A stretch of 12,688 nucleotides of DNA from assembly GCA_040754455.1 (NCBI GenBank), contig JBFMCP010000058.1, forward strand, positions 1-12,688. The letters run 5' to 3'. Shown piece by piece: positions 7,030-12,688 of the stretch (the stretch's first letter is position 1; every line of letters starts with the position of its first letter). A program made the translations under genes and the position numbers. The stretch comes from Nitrospirota bacterium (GTDB lineage Bacteria; Nitrospirota; Thermodesulfovibrionia; Thermodesulfovibrionales; Dissulfurispiraceae). Below the pieces are notes generated by a model. The model was given only the letters and a program-made list of their open reading frames with translations. It was not told the origin of the DNA and ran no database searches.

Positions 7030-7884
7030 TTATTTCTGCTTCTGCAGGTGATCGATCAGGGCGCTCGCCTGTCCCTTCGACAGCTCTTTGAGTGACTCAA
7101 AGGGCTCGATGTCGAGGTCGAGGCTGGGGTTGAAGAATTTGTTCACCTCTTCGAGCATTCCGTCCTCTTCGTACCCCTTGCTCCGCAGGATTGCGTAGAT
7201 TGCTTTGATCTGCGCTTCTGTTGCCGGCGCATGGGGGTTCTTGATCACGCCGAAGCTGCCCCTTGTCTGGGGCTGCCGGGGCGGTGTCTTCGCAGTGCTT
7301 CCCTCAGACGCCTTGCCGCGCTCGAAGAGCTCTTCGGGCATGTCTTCGATGTCCTGCGTGAAGATGTCCGATGCAGCGGTCGAGGTGAGCACCGCATCGA
7401 CGAGCGCTCTCTTCTTGGCCATCTTGAGAATGGTATTGGCGAGATCGTAAGGATTGTTTCTTACCTGCCTGAGCTGTATGCCGCGCATATATTTGATACG
7501 GCGGTTTGTTTCAGACATCGCCTCCCACTCGTCGTCGCTCGCCGCCATCCTCCATTTGTACTTGTCCTCTTCACTCGAGCACTCGCCCAAACCTGCTCCG
7601 AAGAATATCCCGCTCTTGGTCGTAAGCCTGACCTTTACCCGATAGCGGATAACGTCATCGTGCGAAAGATCGACGACCTCGGGATCAGCCGAAAGCCTGA
7701 AGGTCGACATGATCTTCTCAGCACCGGGTTTGAACAGGGTCGGTTTGTCGCCCGCGCCGGGAATCTTTCCGTAATGCTGGCCCTCCTGCATGACGGTGCG
7801 CATCACTTCCTGGATCAGGTTGATCTGCTCTCTTATATCGTGTACGGTCAAAGGTTTCTCCTCATATACGGCTACTTCTGCCAT
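7030..7884 (-). CDS. Putative phage-type single-strand DNA annealing protein (Rad52/ERF/RecT-like) with small C-terminal helical domain, 284 aa
   Basis: HYGKIPG..KPTLFKPGAEK, YRVKVRL..GAGLGECSSEE and DLANTILKMAKKRALVDAVL..SDIFTQDIED resemble phage-associated conserved proteins with a Rad52-like layout. A Pro/Gln linker precedes ATEAQI...LSKGQASALIDHL. Strong SD AAGGAGG. The CDS is confident; the function is inferred. Confidence 0.7.
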   Translation of the reverse strand: MAEVAVYEEKPLTVHDIREQINLIQEVMRTVMQEGQHYGKIPGAGDKPTLFKPGAEKIMSTFRLSADPEVVDLSHDDVIRYRVKVRLTTKSGIFFGAGLGECSSEEDKYKWRMAASDDEWEAMSETNRRIKYMRGIQLRQVRNNPYDLANTILKMAKKRALVDAVLTSTAASDIFTQDIEDMPEELFERGKASEGSTAKTPPRQPQTRGSFGVIKNPHAPATEAQIKAIYAILRSKGYEEDGMLEEVNKFFNPSLDLDIEPFESLKELSKGQASALIDHLQKQK

Positions 7885-8124
7885 TATGTCCCTCCTTGAA
7901 TGGGTTTCGCTGTTTTTTCAGCGCACAAAGCCGCTCGCAATGCCATAGGGCATGCGATAGTTCCATCTCGGGCTGTGCGCAACCTGAGCGTGCAGTATGG
8001 CCGATATCGGCGGCATGTACGGATACATCCGTGAGTATTGCTTTTTTCTGCTGCTGCGGCCGTCGGAAGAGAGGGAGAAGCACAACATAACTGCAGGAAA
8101 ATCAAGCGGAATACTGCATCGTCT

Positions 8125-8154
8125 ATTATGACCTATTTGTCTCTGAAAACGCAA
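8125..8154 (-). promoter_or_regulatory. Putative sigma70 promoter of the SSAP-sbcD-sbcC cluster
   Basis: Minus strand TTGCGT (8154-8149), 18-nt spacer, CATAAT (8130-8125). Would give a leader of about 230 nt before ATG 7884. Confidence 0.4.
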
Positions 8155-8415
8155 GTAGAAGGTGTATTCCACGGCACTCTTCACAGTTGTATAAAGAGGT
8201 CATTGTAGCACACGCATTGTTCATTATCACCCGCTTTCGAGCGAGTAAACTTCATTGGGTATCCAGACGTCGTCCCCGTGAAAATGGAAAACCAGAACCT
8301 GTTAAGAATACCGGATTCCCGTTTCCACCGGAATGTGTGCGACCATGGCTTATACATTTTGTTACGTGCTCGTTGTTTGTAAATGTCTCTGCCTCTCAGT
8401 GTCCCTGTGGTTACA

Positions 8416-8424
8416 TGGTATAAT
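8416..8424 (+). promoter_or_regulatory. Extended -10 promoter of ppnP
   Basis: TGGTATAAT (TGn + TATAAT) at 8416-8424, followed by SD AGGAGG (8447-8452) and ATG 8464. Confidence 0.6.
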
Positions 8425-8463
8425 GGACAGTTGTACTACTTTCATCAGGAGGTTTTAGCAAGT

Positions 8464-8778
8464 ATGTCAGAGTTTAAAGGAGTGACTGTTGCTAAGAAAG
8501 CGAATATTTATTTCGATGGTAACGTGACGAGCAGGACGGTTATTTTCAATGACGGCTCGAAAAAGACGCTCGGTATAATGCTTCCGGGCGAATATGAGTT
8601 CGACACAGGAGACAAGGAGATAATGGAGATACTCTCCGGTGACCTCGATGTGCTGCTGCCGGATGAGACTGCTTGGAAGACGATAAAGGGCGGCGAATCG
8701 TTCGAGGTACCGGCACATGCGACGTTCAAACTCAAAGTGAAGAGCCTCACCGACTATTGCTGCTCGTTTATTAAATAG
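8464..8778 (+). CDS. ppnP: Pyrimidine/purine nucleoside phosphorylase (DUF1255/YaiE cupin)
   Basis: [44 protein letters not shown] and DYCCSF are the family signature. Confidence 0.93.
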   Translation: MSEFKGVTVAKKANIYFDGNVTSRTVIFNDGSKKTLGIMLPGEYEFDTGDKEIMEILSGDLDVLLPDETAWKTIKGGESFEVPAHATFKLKVKSLTDYCCSFIK

Positions 8779-8916
8779 AATGAGTCAAGAAGAACGAACC
8801 TCGGAGATACCGTCGGGTTGACGCAGACTAGAAGCATGAACTGCCTGTGTTAAGATGATTTTGGTGAGCAAAATCCGGCTTTCGGGATTCAGTGTCTCAG
8901 AGGTTGGCGGATAATT

Positions 8917-10437
8917 ATGATTCTCATCTATCCCCCTGTTGCAAAGCCTTGTGAGCCGCCGGCAGGCGTTGCGAAACTTTCGGGGGCACTCAGCCGCTGT
9001 GGAATAAAACACAAGGTCATCGATGCGAACATCGAGGGGCTCTTGTCGCTCCTGCAGCAACCACAGGTGCGGTTCGATACCTGGACGAATCGGGCCTCTC
9101 GAAACCTTGAGAAAAACCTTGCTGCACTGCGAGACCGGACAATATACAGCAACGTTGCGCGCTATAAACGCGCGGTCATGGATATCAACCGGGTTCTTGA
9201 GAAGTCCACACGGGACAGCAGTACAGCAGTGAGCCTTGCGAATTACCGGGATAACAACCTTTCACCCTTGCGGAGCAGGGATCTCCTGCGTTCCGCCGAG
9301 TATCCGGAGCGCAGTCCTTTTTATACCTACTTCGAAAGGCGCCTTTCGAGTGTTATTGAGCGGGAACAGCCGTCAACCGTTGGCATTTCGATCAATTTCC
9401 TGAGCCAGGCATTATGTGCCTTCGCGATGATCGGCTTTCTGAAAAAGAGGTATCCGGACATAACGATTGTCCTCGGCGGTGGGTTGGTGACCTCATGGGT
9501 CAGGGGCCCGAAGTGGCATAATCACTTTAGAGGATTGGTTGACCGGTTCGTTGCCGGGCCGGGTGAATATGAGTTGCCTGCTCTCCTCGGCAGCAAGGAT
9601 ATGGGTAAAGAACATGTTGCCCCTCGGTATGATCAATTGCCGCTTGCCGAGTATGTTGCACCAGGTCTGATCCTTCCCTACAGCGGATCGAGCGGCTGCT
9701 ACTGGAACAAATGTTCGTTCTGCCCTGAAAGAGCAGAGGGCAATCCTTATATTCCCGTAGCAGACGATATGGCTGCCGAAGACCTGAGGATGCTTGCACG
9801 GCTGACACGACCGGCGCTTATCCATATACTCGACAACTCGATGCGTACGGGGCTTATGAGAGCATTGATGCATAATCCCTCCGGTGTACCGTGGTACGGC
9901 TTTGCGAGAATCGGCAGAGAGCTCACCGATGATGATTTCTGTATGGCCTTGAAGCGTTCGGGATGCGTTATGCTCAAACTCGGATTGGAATCGGGAGACC
10001 AGGGAGTGCTTGATCATATGCACAAGGGTATTGATCTTGAAACCGCATCGCGGGCGCTCAGGGCCCTGAAGAGGGCAGGTATCGCCACCTATGTGTATCT
10101 CCTTTTCGGGACCCCTCCGGAGACAGAAGCGTCGGCGAGAATGACGCTCGAATTCACCGCCCGGCATAGCGACGCAATCAGCTTCCTGAATCTTGCGATC
10201 TTCAATATGCCCCTCTATGGACCGGAAGCGGAGCAGTTCGGCACCGGGAGTTTTTACGAAGGCGACCTCTCGCTCTACACCGATTTCAGACACCCGAAAG
10301 GGTGGAATCGAAAGCAGGTCCGGCTGTTTCTTGAAAACGATTTCAAGAGACATCCTGCCATTGCTCCGATCACGCAACAGGAACCCCCGTTCTTCACCTC
10401 CAACCATGCACCGCTTTTTTCAATGGAACAGAGATAA
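8917..10437 (+). CDS. Radical SAM protein with N-terminal B12-binding-like domain, 506 aa
   Basis: CxxxCxxC motif SSGCYWNKCSFC, LGLESG and YVYLLFGTPPET. N-terminal LIYPP, VGISINFLSQ and IVLGGG are typical of B12-binding radical SAM enzymes. Substrate unknown. Confidence 0.9.
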   Translation: MILIYPPVAKPCEPPAGVAKLSGALSRCGIKHKVIDANIEGLLSLLQQPQVRFDTWTNRASRNLEKNLAALRDRTIYSNVARYKRAVMDINRVLEKSTRDSSTAVSLANYRDNNLSPLRSRDLLRSAEYPERSPFYTYFERRLSSVIEREQPSTVGISINFLSQALCAFAMIGFLKKRYPDITIVLGGGLVTSWVRGPKWHNHFRGLVDRFVAGPGEYELPALLGSKDMGKEHVAPRYDQLPLAEYVAPGLILPYSGSSGCYWNKCSFCPERAEGNPYIPVADDMAAEDLRMLARLTRPALIHILDNSMRTGLMRALMHNPSGVPWYGFARIGRELTDDDFCMALKRSGCVMLKLGLESGDQGVLDHMHKGIDLETASRALRALKRAGIATYVYLLFGTPPETEASARMTLEFTARHSDAISFLNLAIFNMPLYGPEAEQFGTGSFYEGDLSLYTDFRHPKGWNRKQVRLFLENDFKRHPAIAPITQQEPPFFTSNHAPLFSMEQR

Positions 10438-10483
10438 TGGTGTGCGCCCTGTCGGACTTCTTGATGCGACTGCTCATAGCACT

Positions 10484-10511
10484 TTGTTCCGCTCAGGAAT
10501 AGAAGTATAAT
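10484..10511 (+). promoter_or_regulatory. Putative sigma70 promoter of the DUF3243 gene
   Basis: TTGTTC (10484-10489), 16-nt spacer, TATAAT (10506-10511). Confidence 0.4.
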
Positions 10512-10647
10512 TTAATTAACTCCGCACTCCATCTCATCCTCACGTGATTATATGCGAGCGCAAAAGGCGTATGTTCCTCCGGATACCCTGGTTTAGACAA
10601 GGAAAGGGGAGATGTACCTGTACACCTTTGTAGTCAAGGAGGGAACC

Positions 10648-10929
10648 ATGGAGAAAGTAATAGAAAAAATGAAATGTGTCGATTTGCTGGACGTGACAAA
10701 GGATTGGGATACCTTCAGAAAGACCCTGCACGAGGGGATAGCACAGGCGCGCCAGCTCGGTATGTCCGACGAGGAGATTCAGGAACTGGCAACGACCGTC
10801 GGCGACTTCCTCAACGAGAAGGTCTGCCCTGCAACAAAAGAGGAAGCGCTTCTGAAAGAGATGTGGGATGTTGCTTCGACAGACGAAAGAAGGTGCATGG
10901 CCACCGTCCTTTTCAAGATGATGAAGTAA
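10648..10929 (+). CDS. DUF3243 (YmfJ-like) family protein, 93 aa
   Basis: WDTFRKTL..ARQLGMSDEEI..ATTVGDFL..VCP..EEALLKEMWDVA..ERR.MA.VLFKM follows the DUF3243 pattern. SD AAGGAGG precedes ATG 10648. Confidence 0.82.
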   Translation: MEKVIEKMKCVDLLDVTKDWDTFRKTLHEGIAQARQLGMSDEEIQELATTVGDFLNEKVCPATKEEALLKEMWDVASTDERRCMATVLFKMMK

Positions 10930-10987
10930 TGTGAGTGCTCCCCTTTCTTTTCTAAACATTCGGGAATTACGTGTTGGGACAGTGGAT

Positions 10988-11034
10988 GGCAACGGCAGGA
11001 AGGGGCGGAGGGAGTGCCCCTTTCTGCCGTTGCC
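10988..11034 (+). repeat. 19-bp intergenic hairpin
   Basis: GGCAACGGCAGGAAGGGGC (10988-11006) / GCCCCTTTCTGCCGTTGCC (11016-11034): 18 Watson-Crick pairs plus one G-U on the + strand, 9-nt loop, no U-tract. Confidence 0.85.
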
Positions 11035-11088
11035 TGCTGCGGGAATTCATAATGGAGCACGAAGGGAGGAATCTGATATTATAGAAGA

Positions 11089-11694
11089 ATGGGTGAACGA
11101 CAACTTTATCAACCGCTTACCAAAGAGGACAGGATAACGGTACTCCTCTACCGTATCGGCATCGGGCTCTCGACGCTTATTATCACTTTCGCCGCTTATC
11201 TTTCATTCGGCCCCTCACCCTTTCACTATGCCCTGTCGCTCAATAGCGTGGCGAATATATTGCTTATCCTGCTCTCTCTGTCGGTAGGCTGCAGCGTTCT
11301 TTTCATACATCTCTATGTGAGCAGATTCCACAGGGCACTGAAGAAGCTCTACTATGTTTCAATAGCTGCGCTCCTGCTCCTCTTTATTTTAGGAAGAGGG
11401 GATGCCTTCGGCATCATTATCGGTGAGCCCTACGGTCCTCTCCTGCTCATTCCGCTCTCGGGATGTCTGGGGTTTATTACCGCAAAAGAGGCCTTTTGCT
11501 TCAGACTGACCGAAGGGTACCTCCTTGCGCTCATTATGCCGTTGTATCTTCTGGCGCTGTCAATGGGGGGGATGACCACAAAAGGAGCATCGTACGGCCT
11601 TCTGTTTATAGCGGCAATGCTCGTCTTCTTTACTCTCAGAAAAGTATTCATGCCGATCCATTACGATATCGGCGATAAATCCGCATACGTCTAG
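11089..11694 (+). CDS. DUF2301 family integral membrane protein
   Basis: EDRITVLLYR, FIHLY..FHRALK, AKEAFCFR..E and LRK...P...DIGDKSAY match DUF2301 motifs; several hydrophobic helices. Confidence 0.82.
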   Translation: MGERQLYQPLTKEDRITVLLYRIGIGLSTLIITFAAYLSFGPSPFHYALSLNSVANILLILLSLSVGCSVLFIHLYVSRFHRALKKLYYVSIAALLLLFILGRGDAFGIIIGEPYGPLLLIPLSGCLGFITAKEAFCFRLTEGYLLALIMPLYLLALSMGGMTTKGASYGLLFIAAMLVFFTLRKVFMPIHYDIGDKSAYV

Positions 11695-11740
11695 CTCTTC
11701 GCCTTGATTCTGTCCCCTCCCAGGCTGGAACATAGTGGTG

Positions 11741-12440
11741 TTAGGACAATACCTTCTCGATAAGACCCGCGACATCGGTGATGCAGAGGTCCTCGGCAAT
11801 TTCATTCCCCTTAACTCCTGATCCGCTGATAATAAGCGGCAGATAGTCCTGTTCGGTGAGGGGCGGGTAGCCGTGGGAGCCTTTTATCAGGCCGGTATCC
11901 TGGGGTACTTTGAAGGTGCCCGGCTCGATAAAGAGTTCGAGGGGATCATACCCCGGCTTCCGGTGAATATCCACGTGGGGAGCGAAGTGCGGCTCTTTTG
12001 CCCGGTCCTCCCACCAGTAGTAGGAGAACCGGGAGGCCCTTGAGCTTACGGCGATGAATGTCCCTGCACGAGGATGGTCGATGTGGTAGTCTGCCTTACT
12101 GCGGGCATCGAGGAGCATATCGATCCCCTCCACTTTCTCGACGGCGCTTCGTACCTCGTGCTCATGTCCTGCTTTTACTATAGATATGGGCAACCTGGTG
12201 ATCCACCATGGCAAAGGCAGGGCTAAGCTCGAAATCGAGGTATTCCCTTCCGCCGATCATACGCACGGCCCCAGAAATAAAAGAGATTGAAATCGCCGAT
12301 CGCTGAACAGATATCTTCATAGAGGCCGGCGGGCTTGGAGTAGCACCATTGGACCAGGCCCTGCACGGTGTAGAGCGGCTTTGGTGTAATGACCGAACCC
12401 ATGAGTGATTGTTCATTGCAGCTCGACGGCGGGTGACGGA
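11741..12440 (-). pseudogene. Decayed alkaline phosphatase/nucleotide pyrophosphatase family (EboF-like) gene
   Basis: Family motifs are split over three frames: VITPKP..CYSKPAGLY..GDFNLFYFWG; AVRMIGGREYLDFELSPAFAMVDHQVAHIY; and VKAG..HPRAG..YYWW..VDIHRKPGYDPLELF..IKGSHG. Frameshift near 12179, large deletion near 12270, 5' end cut by an IS. The 5' limit is approximate. Confidence 0.82.
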
Positions 12441-12446
12441 AAGGGG

Positions 12447-12688
12447 GGTATAAACTGTTAAACTTTTTATACCCAAATATACTATAATATACCCATGAAG
12501 TTAAGTGTATGGGCAAAACAAAAAGGAATAGCGTATAAAACTGCGTGGCGGATGTGGGAAATAAGAATTCTTAAAGACCCTACAGTTACTACCATCATAG
12601 TAGAACATAGAGATAGACTTATGCGATTTGGGATAGAGTATGTAGAAGCGGTCCTGGCTGCTCAAGGCAGAAGACTTATTGTTATAGA
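12447..12688 (+). mobile_element. IS607-family element, left end (continues past the window)
   Basis: Abrupt switch to AT-rich sequence after the G run at 12443-12448 (IS607 elements recombine at GG). Phased TATAC repeats are followed by a TnpA-like ORF. Confidence 0.8.
12495..12688 (+). pseudogene. tnpA: IS607-family serine transposase TnpA, internally deleted in frame, 3' end outside the window (absent from the ORF track)
   Basis: Translates as MKLSVWAKQKGIAYKTAWRMW|EIRILKDPTVTTIIVEHRDRLMRFGIEYVEAVLAAQGRRLIVI. The MerR-like HTH start is joined directly to the IVVEHRDRLxRFG segment; the YARVSS and GSG motifs are missing. Confidence 0.88.

Noticed and set aside
2388..7884. Calling the cluster a prophage, or a Wadjet/Lamassu-type defence system
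   Set aside because: No integrase, att repeats or structural genes; no kleisin/KITE/JetD subunits or Lamassu effector. The partner is an Mre11-type nuclease, as in SbcCD.
7231..7899. 222-aa + strand ORF
   Set aside because: Antisense to the SSAP-like gene, which has the SD and conserved motifs.
8300..8335. Minus-strand GGTGGAAACGGGAATCCGGT resembling the start of a cobalamin riboswitch
   Set aside because: The downstream CCCGCxACTGT, GCCACTG and B12-box elements are absent, and the orientation does not serve the radical SAM gene.
7885..8400. LexA/SOS box upstream of the recombination cluster
   Set aside because: No convincing match to CTGT-N8-ACAG, GAAC-N4-GTTC or GGTT-N2-C-N4-G-N3-ACC by eye; the host's box is unknown, so this is unresolved rather than excluded.
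8187..8423. 78-aa + strand ORF in the divergent intergenic region
   Set aside because: TTG start without SD, no recognisable features, and it overlaps the ppnP promoter.
9493..10407. 304-aa minus-strand ORF
   Set aside because: Antisense shadow of the radical SAM gene.
12162..12516. ORFs 12162..12476 and 12223..12516 as independent genes
   Set aside because: Chimeric frames: the antisense IS607 end running into fragments of the phosphodiesterase pseudogene.
1..12688. CRISPR array, tRNA or rRNA genes
   Set aside because: No regularly spaced repeats and no tRNA or rRNA signatures seen on either strand.

Overview
GC-rich bacterial chromosomal window. Housekeeping or conserved genes occupy the flanks: a DUF1328 small membrane protein, NADPH:quinone reductase, rsmE, ppnP, a B12-binding-type radical SAM enzyme, and DUF3243- and DUF2301-like proteins. 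The centre holds a co-directional minus-strand DNA-processing cluster (7884->2388): a putative phage-type single-strand annealing protein (Rad52/ERF/RecT-like), an SbcD/Mre11-type metallophosphoesterase with an atypical motif III and a 180-aa N-terminal extension resembling the DUF1016/YhcG N-terminal domain, an SbcC/Rad50 ATPase with a C-X8-C hook, and an anchorless ComEA-type helix-hairpin-helix protein. No phage structural, integrase or conjugation genes flank it in this window, so it is the best candidate for an undescribed RecA-independent resection/annealing system. The right end holds a decayed alkaline phosphatase/nucleotide pyrophosphatase (EboF-like) pseudogene cut by the left end of an IS607-family element whose tnpA has an in-frame deletion of the catalytic serine region. 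All family assignments come from motif recognition by eye; no searches were run.
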